64,000 nt of DNA, from the NCBI GenBank assembly GCA_964187785.1, contig OZ076409.1, positions 66,032,001 to 66,096,000 of the forward strand, read 5' to 3'. This document shows positions 13,269 to 27,005 of the stretch, in pieces. Each line of letters starts with the position of its first letter. Position 1 is the stretch's first letter. This stretch comes from Amphiscolops sp. MND2022 (lineage: Eukaryota). A program made the translations under genes and the position numbers. The notes beneath the pieces were generated by a model. It was given only the letters and a program-made list of their open reading frames with translations, did not search any database and had not been told where the DNA came from.

Positions 13269-14066
13269 TTGTCATGTGCTTTTTGTAATAGTTTATGTGC
13301 AATTGATAATACGATATAGAATAAAATCTTTTTACTTAACCTCTCTTAGAACTAAGAATACTCTACCAATTCTTGTAAGCCAGAGAGATCATGAAATCTT
13401 GATACTCACGGTAAAGATAACCAGGGCGTTGAGAAAGTGTAATGAAATTTGTTGAAAACATTTACAAAAAACGTTTAAAATTATATGATTAACCAATCAG
13501 AAGAACGTCGTTAAAAAAATCAAATAAACGTCGTAAAAAATATCAATGAGACGCGTTTTCCTTACCAGGAGAAAGAAAAAAATGAAAATAAATTCCATGG
13601 AGGCATATTTAAGAGATAACCTTTTGAGTACAAGTTCTATTTATTTATCGTGACGATTTTCAATAGTGTTCCGTCGGCATTTTTTAATCTGCAGCAATTT
13701 CATAGGACTTCAGTTGGCGAAGTTCCTTTGCTAACACATTGTGTGTTTTTCAGCTCATTAGGGTAACCTTTGTCGACACACGGAAAATAATTTAGCATCA
13801 GAATTGTTATTCAGCATCAACGCTACGCGTGAAAATATATCAAATACCATTTATTATTCATTCCCTTTAGAGTTTGAAAAAAGGACTCGCGGTAAATTTT
13901 TGCCGCCTGAAACTTCAAAAGCTTCGTTGCAATTTTTTCGCAAGCTGGCAGAAATTATTCTTTTGAACTTTACAGTGCTTAGAACGAAGAATAATTAGAA
14001 AGCGAGGACTCAATAGTATTATTGATGGAAAACCCTATAGGCGGGGGTTTCCCTATCTGATTCTCT

Positions 14067-14106
14067 TATCTGCTTCTCTTCAATTATAATTGAAGAGAAG
14101 CAGATA
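14067..14106. repeat. Perfect 40-bp palindrome
   Basis: TATCTGCTTCTCTTCAATTATAATTGAAGAGAAGCAGATA is its own reverse complement. Confidence 0.95.
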
Positions 14107-15771
14107 TATAAGTACAATAGAGGTCAAGACCTTTTTGAATTCACAGTTTGGAAACTTTTTTGAATCAAAAATACCAATTTCATTATTTCAACAAAACCAT
14201 TTTCTTCCGGAATTTCATTAGCTCTAAATTTCAACCAAATTAACGTGAATTGATGATAAATTAAAACTTGTTCAAAATTTGCATTGTTGAATGTTGAATA
14301 CTTCTGTAGAAATCTCACATCGAAGAGCCGTTTTATGGTAGCTTTCATTCGCTCAAAAAATGCAATATCTTCCGAATAAAATAAGATCATCTTTGGATGC
14401 ATTTTTCAAACAGATGTCTTCTTTTGTGGGTATTAAAGCATTCAAAACTCACTTGTTAATCTTGTCATAATCATGTCACAGAAAATAACGACATTAAGTG
14501 AATAAAAAGTGCGTTTCTAAGAAACAATCGAAATCTCCAGCTCAAATACCCTTAGCGTAATTAATTAGCAGCTTCTAAAGATTCGTCAGGTAACTGCTCT
14601 CGTCAGTACAAAGCATTAGTTTAAAAATAGAAAAAAGCTTGAACTCTTTCAATTTATAAGAGCTCCCAGTTCATAAATTTAGGAGCCTCCTTTCTCATTA
14701 GGCATGTCACCAGTGAACGTGCAAACAGGTCGTAAACAATAAAGAGGTAAACAAATGAAACAGATGGGGCAGAAAAAGAGGAGACGGTGAGATATTAATA
14801 TTTCCTCAAGTTGCCACTGAGAAGGACGATAAGAATGAAATTATAAAGAAGAAGGCGGAGAGTGAGTATAAATTAGGCGGTCGGATAAGTTTGCACAAAA
14901 GATAGACTCTCGGATTATACTAATTGCGCCTAATAGGGCTTTTCTGAAGGGTGGAAGTAATTTAGCAGTCTTCCATTTTTCAGGATAACTTTATAAAGCT
15001 ATAGCTGTTCAAAAAGGGAAATGATTATAGCATTCACATTTACCATACTAACTGTGGTAGATTTAAGCAGTGCCCGAACGCAATGGAATGCGGGTTCAAG
15101 AACAGGGATCGAAGAAGTTCACGCAACGTTTAGTCAATTTCACGCCGCATTCCACGGGAAAAAGCCAGATTTCACGCTGAAGTTCATTGAAAACATTCAC
15201 TTGACCCCCAGAGAAAACTATGGACAAAAAATCTCTTTTACTTATATTAGATTTTAAAAAAAGCAATTTCACATCAAAATTCGTGTAATTAACTTTTATA
15301 TATTTAAGAAAAAAATCTGTACCGCCTCAAAATCTAAGGACTTCCATCATGCAAATATCTGAAAGAAAACGGTATGGTAAACTCTCAAAAAATTCAGAAC
15401 ATTCCGTAACCTACTGGTAGTAAATCTTGAAGAATTATATTGCAGTTTGCACAATTGGAATTGAGATCGAAAATATTTCCCACAATGGTACCGACACGAT
15501 CACGTTGTTTTCATATTTTGATTGCTCATCTACTCATCTGATTCAATCACCGCTTCTCAGAGAGCACACTGAAGTTGCCGCTAGTTTACAGTATACATTG
15601 TGAACAAAGCCAATTCGCATTAAAATGGAGCGGTACAATCGATAACATCTTGGTTGCTTTAATTTTTGAAGAATTTTTCAAGCAGCTTGATAACAGCTCG
15701 AATATAACAAGGAAATAATGGCACATAAAAATTTCCGTAACAAAATGAAGTTGCTGGGTGTTTTAAAAAGG

Positions 15772-16203
15772 TATGCGGAAAACTCGTCGAAAACAACTCG
15801 CAGAATGCAACTCGTCGAAAACAACTCGTCGAAATTCAAGGACAGAAAACTGGTCGAAAATTATTTCGTCGAATAATAATTGAGTGCCGACTCGTCGAAT
15901 AATTACGGATTACACATAGGGATGATCCAGTGGTATTATGGATTCATTTTCGTTGATTGATACGTGAAATTTGCAGTTTTACGCATAATATAGCTTTTTA
16001 GTTAAACAATTACTTCACATTTATAGTTTACAGTACTTCATAATAATTTGAAACTTTATAACACGGTATGATCACAAGGTTAGGGTTATATTTGCCTGAG
16101 ATTATTATCTGTTTTTGCGACGAGTTTTCCGCCAAGTATTTTCGGCCAGTTGTTTTCGGCGAGTTGTTTTCAACGAGTTGCTTTCGACGAGCTTTCATAG
16201 ATT
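15772..16203. mobile_element. MITE-like element with long imperfect TIRs built from AACTCGTCGAA motifs
   Basis: Left end repeats AACTCGTCGAAAAC; right end repeats the complement GTTTTCG(A/G)CGAG(T/C)T. TSD not resolved. Confidence 0.6.
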
Positions 16204-17066
16204 CGTTTAAAAGAAACATGCAAAATGTTTTGTTGTTAGCAAACGCGTTGTTGTTGTTGTTGTCCCCAAGTACGAAAACAGGACGGGAAAAAACAATTGT
16301 CGGTGTTTCGGAATAGCTCATAATGCTCATAATCGAAGTACATCAAAACTTGAAGGATTTTACTTTGAACAACTCTCAGTCTCACGATTGTCAAAATGTG
16401 GTAGACAGCGTCTAGATTTTAGTAACTGATAAACTGGTAAAAAGCAAAATGCAAAGAAAGTAAATTAGATGCTAATATTTGCGTCAATATTACGATACAC
16501 TATACAGGATCACAATATATGAATCAAAATTATCTTCAAAATGAGAGAAACTGTTCAAATTTATAAGTATATTTTTTGGGTTTCATAGAGTAACATTAGA
16601 AGTTTCGATTGATGTTTTTGATTTCATTCAATTTTGTTGTTAGATGAAATTTCATCGTTCCACAATTCCTCTTTCCGGTCATGAACCAATTTAAAGAATC
16701 TTTGGAGGCAATTACAGCTGTGTGAAGATCATTAGGGAGGTCATTTCCTGCACCTAAATTGAATGAATCAACATCTAATCTATCAAAAACAGTTCCATAC
16801 AATGTTGAAAATCTTTTTAAAATATCGTTACCTTCTGAGCAGTAGTTGTTGAGATCTTTGAAAGTGAAGTAGCAACTTCATCTTTGAAAGACCCTGAAAT
16901 CGCATCAAAACAACTTGTTTCCCTGTTGTACGCAAATAAACGGCGCAGCGAGCACGATAGGTTCCAGTTTCGGTTATGTAGTTCATCTTGCATGAGTTCG
17001 CAGGTGAGAAATTTCAGGACCGGGACAGATGGTTAGAATTGTTTGACGCCGTTCAACTATACTCAG

Positions 17067-17255
17067 TCTGTGCTATTGTCGACAACTATTACTGGCGCTT
17101 CTTCAACTTGTATACTCTTTGAGCAAATACTTGTCTTGTGCTGACACTGCTTCAAATTGACGAGCAAGTAATCAGCACAATCTTAAGACGCGTATTCGCT
17201 CAAAAAGAGTACAACTTGAAGAACAGCCAGTAATATCATTGGACAATAGTACAGA
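17067..17255. repeat. Imperfect ~190-bp foldback (MITE-like)
   Basis: TCTGTGCTATTGTC...TATTACTGGC..TTCTTCAA..TTTGAGC.AATAC mirrored by GTATTCGCTCAAA..TTGAAGAA.GCCAGTAATA..GACAATAGTACAGA. Confidence 0.7.
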
Positions 17256-17489
17256 ATGCTAGAAAAACTGAAAACTTTTTGTTTCAGTGGCATATCTGAA
17301 AGTAAGAAAGGCAAAATTATTCAACTGTCGGAAGAACAGAAACACTGATCACATAGAGAGCATAAGTAGAACGATGAGTCAAGCAAACGGGCAGTCTAGA
17401 AAAAGAGTGATTGCGATTTTGAAAAAAAAACAAGAGCAGCTAGAACGATGCAAGACATGACAAAGAGCTCGAAGCCCAGCATGCAGGGG

Positions 17490-17800
17490 ATGTTGTGAAG
17501 ATTATTGAAATGCACGTTTGATAGGCGTCCTTTCCATTCGTTTCTCGCTATTGGGTCACCAGTGACCTTACTCACGAACGCACATAAGAACAATGTGTTG
17601 AAAGCAATACAAAATCAAGCCGCTAAACCTCGATAATTACGTGCAAATCAACAGTAACCAAGACATGTTCCTCGGAGGGGTATACGGTGAAGGAGAAGCA
17701 GCAACAAAGAAGCTGAATAGAGGAAGAACACTGATTGCTGAGAATGGTGTGCGAACTGTGATAGGATGTGAGTGGCTAAAAGGACTGTGCATCCAATTGA
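17490..17800 (+). pseudogene. Relic of retrotransposon aspartic protease
   Basis: FHSFLAIGSPVTLLT (degenerate LDTGSP) followed, after a frameshift, by ...LIAENGVRTVIGCEWLKGL (ILGRDWL-like). Confidence 0.4.
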
Positions 17801-18515
17801 AGACCAGCTGTTGTTCGTGACTTTTGCTAGAAAAAGTCTGGTAGACAGGTGCCTTAGTAGCAGGATAACGTGAGTTCAGATCCTGCGCTTGAGAAATTTT
17901 TTTGCTTGCAAAGGTACTTGATAGACTTTTTTGGCACTACGCTACTTTTTGCAGTGTTTTAAGCGACGGTCTCCTTTACGTTTTCGCGGAAACGAAGTGC
18001 TTTCCGAACACAGATGTAGACCTCAGGGGTTTTAGCAAGTCCTAACTGTAACACTTTGTATTTTGATCTTGTGGGGCAGACGAGAGTATTCGGAATGAAT
18101 GTGGAAAAGACTAATGACTGTTCGGCTCTGTGCGTCTCTTGCCAATTTCTTTATTGTCATTAGAACTTGGTTTTTTGTTTTTTTATTTTTTCAGTTTTCA
18201 AAACTCGTTTTTCGAAATTGAATGGTCAACGTTTTGGTAACTTCGTAGCTGTGCGAATATCCGAATTATAAAATTTAGCTTTACATATTGCTTATAGTTT
18301 CTTTACTCTCGGCCCGCATTGGGAAGATTTGTGATCAAACAGTACGAAAAGTTTTACAGTGCTACTGCGCCTATCATTTTGTTACGTTTGCGAACGGCTT
18401 TGAAGTTTGCAAAGAGGTTTTTCACCAATTTGTCACGCATTTGGCTACCTGATTGGCGTCGTTTAAGCGTTGAACAAATGTGTACGGACTACTTCGAGGA
18501 GCTTAAATTGGAATA

Positions 18516-18900
18516 CTATGTGTTACGACTAACTAACGGAGTGTTGTTCAAAGCAGTCGTTTTAGATCTTATGGCGGTTGAAGTAGGCATAGCAAGAGCG
18601 TTTTCTTCGTCAAAATCGGAGTTTTTTCTATTTTGCATCTCAGGAGCATTCTTTGCGTTAGAAGTTACTAGCTTTAGCTCCTCTTTCTTATTTTCAGCTA
18701 GTAATTTTGTCAAGTCGGACATAATTCATCTCCTAAGTGACGTTTTAATCTCGTCAACGTTCTTAGAATGGAGTATTGGGGATTTGATGGTAATAGCAAC
18801 AGGGTTCTCAACGGTGTTAATTTCAGCTTCGGGTAGCTCAAACTCGCCTGAGACCAGTTGCTTCACTGCTTTTCTTTTCTGGCTTCTAGTAGTCATTTTC
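18516..18900 (-). pseudogene. Probable gag N-terminal relic of an LTR retrotransposon
   Basis: MTTRSQKRKAV... start followed by coiled-coil-like VDEIKTSLRR*IMSDLTKLLAENKKE; in-frame stop; truncated. Confidence 0.4.
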
Positions 18901-21900
18901 TTTGAAACTGATGGTTTGCCAGTTTGAACTTGCAAGGAAATGATGTTAATAACAATGCAAAACGGTGGTTGCATTTATCAAAAAAGGCTAACAAGGTAAC
19001 TGAAACTATTTAGAGAACTTACCGTATTTATACGTTCCGAGCACCATTTGTTCCTCACCTAAAAATTACTTGGTATCCTAAAAATTGGGTTTATTCACTG
19101 CAGATTCCTATTATTTCATATCATTTCAGTCCGGTGACCTAATTACAGGTATCATACTTCCTAGTTGCGTCGGGAATACATCATTGAAATCATTTTCATT
19201 CCTCTCAAAAATGGCGGCGAAATTAACGTCCGCTTGAGTTTTTGACAATGAAGGCACGCTAACACATCCTAAATTCCCAACTAAGAGAGCTGAAGATTTA
19301 GGGAAAAGAATGAGAGCCAGAAATGGCGAATTAGTCGAAGCAGAGGAAAAACTGTTCCAAAGAAAGATATCAGATTAACATTAGGCAGGGAAAATGATAC
19401 TGGAAGGAGAATATCGCCTAACTATAAACTGTTGAATCATTGACTCAACGGAGACCTTACGGTCAACAAACTTCACACATTGCTTTAAAATAGTAGTCAA
19501 AACACCAATTTTATGAAACTGTACATTGTTTTATTAAATGGCAATTAATATTCGCAGTTTATTGTATCAAACGAGAACAGTGGCACTGCATTTGATTGGG
19601 AGAAGAAACGTTCGTTTCTGACAGTTCCCCTTATATTGTCACCGTTAACCTTACCTCGCATTTTCAATTTTAATTGTGAAATCGGAGATAGAGTATACTC
19701 AAATCTGAAAGATGTGTATGATGAACGAGAACACCAAAGGCCACGTATTTTTAACGTGTTCTTCCAAATAGCACTGTGATTTTGTTGGAAAAAACTAGAA
19801 CGTATGATCCACTCTATATGCAGTCAATTAATCAGTGGTAGTTTCACGTTTCACCTTACAATAAAGCCTTCTTAAGTTAATTACGATCTTTATACGAGAC
19901 TCATGAACTTCATCATTTCCCGTAAAACCTCCTTTCATTTTTAGTGTTTCAATTTTCGCCCTAATAGAGACAGTTTTTATATGAAAGGTAGCGTCAACGT
20001 GTGTATTAAGATTAGCTATGGCTGACCAAGGGTTGACGGAGAGAATACGACAAGTTCGGAAATCCTTCCAATTATCTTTTTGATGACGTCACAAAAACCA
20101 ATCTTATTGGCTCGAGTGCAAACATACTGCTGTAGATGCGACGTCAGTGGTCCGTTGAGATATCACTTTTGGAAATTGAATTTGTGGTAAGACGCTTTCA
20201 TTACGTTGTGAATATTGCGTAGATTACATACTTGTAATCTTAGGATATTAACAAAAGCTCCAGATCTATTATACTGTTTTAAGTACATATATTATCTCTT
20301 TTATCTGTAATAACTAGTTGTTTTTGGATGTATGTTCTTCGTTGATATTGGGGAATGAATGTTGTTTTTGTTTTCCTCTTTAGATTGGATGAGCAGATGA
20401 ATGAATATCCTTTTCTGGTTCGTGTATGATTCATTGTTTGGATCGCTATGAAAATGTTCAAATATCAGAACCGGAAATGTAATAATGTGAAATCATCAAG
20501 TTGTCATACCGGAAGTTCATTAGTAAATTGTCTAGGATGAAAATGTTTCATTTCACGTCAATCTTTCGTTAGCTATTCGTTATGTTAAAATTCTACTGCT
20601 GTAGCGTATTTGGCTGTAATGTAAGGAAAATTTCAACTAACTTAGCAGTCCTGCGGTAAATTCGTGCTGGCAGTGAGTACACCAGTTGGGAGCGGGCTGT
20701 GACACTGAGAGTTTGTTCTTCAAAGTATTGTTTGCAGTCAAGCTTGACACCGGTTTCTCCTGATAAAAAAACGGACGCATTTTAAGTTTTAATTTCACTT
20801 CGGAAACAATTTTAGAAAAAATGAAACTTTTTAATGCACCTGGTCAAAACCACATTGTGAAGCAGCAAAAGGCTTGTTTATGTCGCGTTTTACCACAAAG
20901 CCTGTCTTTACCACTGAATTTCCTGTTTTACACAAACGACCATCAGCACATAGTGTTCTTTAGATCAGAGTAATGTTTTTTTTCGTTTGTTCAAACTGTG
21001 TTACACATTTCAGTCGGTTTCAAATTGTTGCAGTGTTGTTTCAAATAAAAAATTGTCTGCCGTGGGATGAATCCTTGACAGTTTTGAAATGTCGTTGTCG
21101 GACGGCAAACCTTTGAGGACGTTAACGGGTTTTCAGAAACGATCTCACTTGTGATCTCAAACCGCTTACTCACAAACTTACCTCGAGTCAAGTGAACCAC
21201 CATGCTCTGTGCAGGTTTTAATTGTGGCTTCATGAACTTTTACAGTAGCTGTACTAGTTTCGACGACTCAGTGCCGTTGAAGTTGTCACGTAGATGCGCC
21301 AAGACTTTGGTCCACCCCATAGGCGTTCGCTCTTTATCTCGTTATCATAATGATGCTGAGACTGCTCAAGCACTGTAATAAATGCAACGCTTAAGTCCAC
21401 TGGGCCGTTGTCCGTTTCTTTCAATGCATTAAGCAACATGTTCGCTAAAACGAATCCCAAAAATTGCTACGGTCACACGGCAAAATCATCCCCTCCGCAG
21501 AAATATTTCTCCAACCCTCACAAACTAGTATTAGGTAGAAGGGATGCAGTCGAAACCAAAAGTTGGGCAATTAAAATGTGAAGCCACAAATATAAAATAA
21601 GATGAATCAGTTGAGAAAGAAACAGTGCTCCAAAAAGTGCGAAGGTAAAAAGTAGACGCTGATAGGAAAAACAAAATCGGAAAACAATGAATAAAGCAAA
21701 AAAACGATGAGCGAAACGAAAACAAAAAAATCAAATCAACTCCTCATAGACTTGCTGCGCCCAAAACTTCTTTTTGCTACTGCTTGGAATTCACTGCTGA
21801 ATCTGTTCACCACGAGGAAATATTTCTTTTGAATTTTTAAAGTTGTCAAGTTCCTTTTCAATAAAATGAAAAATTCCACTGCGATGTTTAGAGTCTGGTA

Positions 21901-23770
21901 TTTTCTTCACAAGCAACAGCACAAAGACTGTTAAATTGAAAATACGTTCAATTCTCTTCTGCCTGAGTCTAGTACCGTTAATCGATTTTTGACACTAATT
22001 GATAAAGCATTATTCGTTTTTCGTCAACGTGAGTCTGAGAAAGCAAATTGAGAAAAGACATTATCTTCTGCTGATACCCTCTGTTGACTCGTAGGGTCGT
22101 TATAAGTCCAAGACCACCTATCGGGAAATCCTCTTTTGTTTTGTGCACCAAAAACATCCAAAATTTTCCTTGTTTTTAAAAATAGTTTCATCGATTGCCA
22201 ATGACAAGTTTGAGAATTTGTCCTCATCTGAAACGTACATGTGAGGGAGGTGATACGGGTAATTAATTTGAAAGTTGGCACCGTACAGAACCTCCGGCAA
22301 AGTAATATTTGAATATTAAGTCTAGACTGTTCTAATTCCGAAGCCAGAGTGTACTGTATAGGAGATCAAAGTGCGAAATGGAAGAAGGGGTTCGATTCGT
22401 TTCGGTTTTACTCTAGAGTCTAGATAGTTTTTTGGGTTACTGTACTTGCATTGACGCTCATGTAAGCGTCAGCTCGGTTTCATTTACCTGGGGTTTAACA
22501 ACAATTTTGTCAGAAAATCCACGCAGCAATTCCAAGACGTCAAAAGATACAACGCTTTCAAGAAAACACGTTGCCAATTCATCAGAGCCAGTGACCAGCA
22601 AAATTAAGAAAAGCAATAAACGACAGCATATAGTAATGATTTCCCCTATGAAAAGTTAGACGTTTTCGACAAAGCAGTTGCAAAGATGAGCCAGTCCGCT
22701 TTTGCTAATTTCGAGAAACTGACTCCCAGTATACATGAGTGGCTCTAGAAGCAAACACGACCCAGAAGATACAAACTTGTTCTTTCCAAAAATCGAACAC
22801 TTCCGTGGTAGTTTATAGATGAAAAAATCATTCGGTATCCACATTCCCATAAAATCTCAATTTAATGTCTTCAACACAGCCATAGGGACTCTTTAATTCG
22901 AACTTTTAACGACGGGGAGGCTGACGTAGTTTTCAACTCCTTGTACCAGGAATGTTGACGTCAAGAGTCGGCTGCAGAAAACCCGAAAGTGATGCTGCTG
23001 ATAACCGGAGTATTCAATGATTTGCCACAAGATGATATCGGATCCCAGTTTGCTGACTACTACACTGACTTGAAAGCCAGCAAATTTGTGAAGCAAAACA
23101 AAGCTTGCATGGACCGCTGAAATTGATCTTTGAAAATTGCGATGATGCTAGAAGAATGCGTCTGAGGGCTTTTCTCTGGGTTCCATATCCTTAATGTCCA
23201 TTATATTCCTGCATACAGGAAGTCAAATGAAATTTTTCCGATGCTTTTAATTGACCAAAAATCTGCTATATCAATTCCAGGTTCCAGTCTGGTATCAAAT
23301 CGGACAACAGTTCAGGGGGCCATCCATTCAATGTGTGATCGAACAAAAAGCAGGAGGCAAAATATGCTAAATGTGAGAGTAGACACAATGACGAATACAA
23401 TCGATTCGAACGCTACCAACGTCAAGTCGCTTTGTATACTAGTCCAGGGGATTGAGTCTCTCAACCGGATGGTCAAAATGTCCTGCAGATAATGGATAAG
23501 CCTTGTTTAACGCTGACGGAGCTCAAAACATCATGAGCGAGAGGCGAAACTGATTAGCATTGGAATTTCATTCCGTAAAACATAAACACCATTTTATCAT
23601 TTATTCGAAACCACTAAACGACCGGACAAGGCTTTAAAAACCTAGTCGAGTGCTCTCAGAATCAGTGCTCTATAGCAAAATCAACGAGTGTAACGGCCTA
23701 TCAATGCGCGTAATGTGAGAAAAGTGTAAAACTTCCAAAAAAAATATTCGCGCTCTGATTGGACAAAAAT

Positions 23771-23796
23771 CGAACTAGCAGGATCCTGCTAGTTCG
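23771..23796. repeat. Perfect 26-bp palindrome
   Basis: CGAACTAGCAGGATCCTGCTAGTTCG is self-complementary. Confidence 0.9.
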
Positions 23797-25746
23797 TACC
23801 GGCATGTGTATCGTAATGCTCTTCAAACAAAATGACGTTCTCAAGAGGAATAATTCGATAGCGTTTTTTCAGTCGCTATGATTGGCTGTTTGAAGCTTCT
23901 AGTGAGCATGTATTAGACGGAAAGTCAAAGAGGGGAGGCTTTTGGAATTGCGGAAAAACAAAACCTGATCGGCATTTTTTGGACGTCAAAATTGGCAACA
24001 TTTTCAATGAGGAGATTTTCCGCAAACAAACAACGACGGGTTTCTTATCACGGTTGACGACTTTGCTGATGATCAATGATGGGCAAGAAACGTTTCTGTG
24101 TGCTGTTAATGGTTCTGGATTATTTGTTCGGTCTTTGTTGAAAAAGGGGTGAATTTCCTGGAAAATGTCGCAATTATAGTAAAAATGATCTAGAACAGCT
24201 ATGGACTGCACTCACAGATTCAATTACAGAATTCAGCAAACGCCACATCCCTATCGAGCACAAACATAGCAAACCTTTCTGGTGTAAAGAACTGTCATCG
24301 GTCAGGCTAAGTGAACTCGGAAAACATCCAGGTGCCCAGCGAGACCTTCAGGAAACGTTCAAGATCTAGGGCATTAGAAGACATCCAAAATCTACTGCCC
24401 AATAGAAACCATTGAATCAAGAGAGAGTTTTGAACATATTGCAAATGATTTTTCACGCCCGATAATGACGCGATTGGCTCTGCGAAACGGACCAACGGAA
24501 AGTTAGTTGTCACGGACGATAAGATTACTTAAGGGTTCTAAGAAGCCGTTTAAGGAAACAGAACTTTGGTGCCAGCCACTAACATCAGGTTTGTAACCAC
24601 ACGCATTTCAGCATTGTCGACAATTAAAACGCTCACGAGTCGCTCCATGAAAACATCACGGTCGAACAAGTTGAAGCTGCATTGAAGAGTTCATCAACGC
24701 TTGAGAATCAGAAACCAACCACTTTTAAACGCTTGATCCTTGATTTTTCCTATATCCGTTGGAATCCTTCTCCGTGGCTTTGGAACCAGTACATGGTATG
24801 TAACGGCAAGCTGTTATCGGTCGCTTAACACGTTAACAGAGGTGGAGGAACCTGCAGGAATGGGTGAATCGCTCGGGACAGGCGCCCATCGCCACAGATC
24901 CATTTTGCCTCCAGGGGTGAAATAAGTCCCGGGGCCGCGGGTGCTTCGACGAATACTGTCCAACCGGTCCTAGTCTTTGATTGCTAATAGTAACGGGCAT
25001 CTTTCTGGCTCTCTAAAGACCACCGCTTAACTAGCATATAAAAACAATGCCAAGAATAAGGTAAATTTCCAGTTCCAGGGTGACATGTGAATAAGATCTA
25101 AAATTGGGGAATAAGATCTAAACTAGCGCTAACGCTACTGAATACAGCCAAAATCACTGAAAATACATGAAAACAGGCACGAATATGGCAAACCACACAG
25201 CTACAAGCTGGGGCGCAGGGGCTCCAAGCACCAAACAAGGATCTTTAGGCGAAAAGACTCATTTTTACGGTTTCCGCTACATAGGGTAGCATAATGCTGA
25301 AAATCGATAAAACCGGTGTTAGCACCTCAAAAAGAGTCTATTTTCGGATGTTCTTGCCGTCTCTGGCTTCTGTCATGGCGGCGCGCCCGTGTTTTTGCTC
25401 ATTCTTGCTCTTTGTTGTCGAAGTACCTGCCAATTTCGTGGAAACAGCGAAAAGAGCAATCACATGCTCAGTGCCACGTCACACATCGGATTAGAATTTT
25501 TGACAAAATTTCTGAACATGTCAAAGTTGCAAAATCGGTTGATATTGCTGTACCAGAGCTTGCCGTTACAGTACCTTCATTTACCAACCAGATGAAACTA
25601 GTTTCAGACCATGGATTTTTTCAAGTCTCTTTGATAGACAATTAGAAAACCACAGTAAGGTTTTCGAAAAGAACACAGTACAGGCCAATTGCTCATCCGA
25701 TGATGTCTCGAGCTGAAAGTTGCCACAATGTTAAAGGCCCAGCGTG

Positions 25747-26150
25747 TTTTTAGTCGGCGCTTTTGAAGCAAAGTGCCCGACTCTTACAGTGGGTAGTTTT
25801 TTAATACAAAACCGACGTCCAGAACCTCGAAAACATACAAAGGATCCGAACTTTGGCTATCTTGGTGTTTTTAACTTGAACTTGAAATTTTTTTACTACA
25901 CCATCTCTTCAATTTTTTGAAATTTTGCAACAGAGTGGATGTTAAAAAAATCCCAAAGCGTCCCCTAATGCCTCCAAATGCCGCCAAAAAATTTTCTAAT
26001 GCCTCCAAATGCCCCCCCTTCAATTTTTTCATATGTGGCAACTACCTGGAGTTTTAAAAAGCCCAAAGGGCCCCCCCTTATTACAATATAAAAACTTTGC
26101 GCTTTTTGAGCCTTAAATATAGTGCCGACGTTGGCCGTTCCCAGCTTGTT
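25747..26150 (+). mobile_element. Helentron/HINE-like non-autonomous element
   Basis: 5' TTTTTAGTCGGCGC...CCCGACTCTTACAGTGG; 3' GAGCCTTAAATATAGTGCCGACGTTGGCCGTTCCCAGCTTGTT. Confidence 0.65.
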
Positions 26151-26669
26151 CAAACGCTGACCAGCAAAGACAGAGTATCAGGTAGAACGGCCCGGATTCT
26201 GCTGACTCACGTTCGGAGACGTCAATCTTTAATTGAAATCAGTGAACACAAGACTCAGCAGTAGTTGCATGTAACTGTTACTGCAGTTTTTGTCCATGCT
26301 GAAAGTTGCATTGCTTCAAATATTTCCCTAAGAAGAGGTATTTTCGATGAAGTTTTTTTTCATTGAGCATTAGGATCTGTTGATATAAAGAGTTGAATTG
26401 ATCCATCAGAAGTCGTTTATCGGACATTGCCGGTCGAATTTACTACAACGCAAGGTACCTTTAATTACTTACGCATAGTGCCTCACATGCAGGAATGAAG
26501 CAGAACGGAGAAACAACTATACCTGCGGCTGGTTTTGACGAAGGCTGACATGGAGTGGGTGTGTATCGCCTCGGAAGGAGGAAAACCGCGTCATACAGTC
26601 GGTAATTTAATTTCAATAATGGCGGGTGTAGCACTAACTTGTAGTACTTTGTCTTCTGCTGTTCGAGAC

Positions 26670-27005
26670 CTATTGTATGAGTTCGGCGGTCAAATTAGTC
26701 CCGTGAGGCAATCCTGGCGTTTCTACCCTGATTCGAAGTTCTCGAACCAAATGGGCATCCGTCCTGTAATGAGAGAGGATCTCAAGAGACCCTTTAGTTT
26801 TGAGCGGCAACTCAACCTGGCAGACACTACAGCGCCATTTGTGAGGATTGTTGGCAGAATCAATTAATGCAGTAACGAAGAACATGAAACCCGGGTGCTT
26901 TTTATTCATTGTCCCAGTCAATTGAATCCGCGGTCTTGGCCGCTTTGAAGCAGAATGTTGATCCCTTTGGGGATTGTGAGACAAACTCAGCTCTCTAGCA
27001 CGCAT
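26670..27005 (-). pseudogene. BED-like zinc-finger fragment, probable DNA transposon relic
   Basis: WRCSVCQVELPLKTKGSLEILSHYRTDAH (C-x2-C...H-x5-H). Confidence 0.4.

Noticed and set aside
20650..25650. Scattered degenerate coding-like fragments (also 27300-28200, 39480-40640, 50400-50870)
   Set aside because: Probably old transposon or virus-like relics, but no diagnostic motif could be identified by eye.
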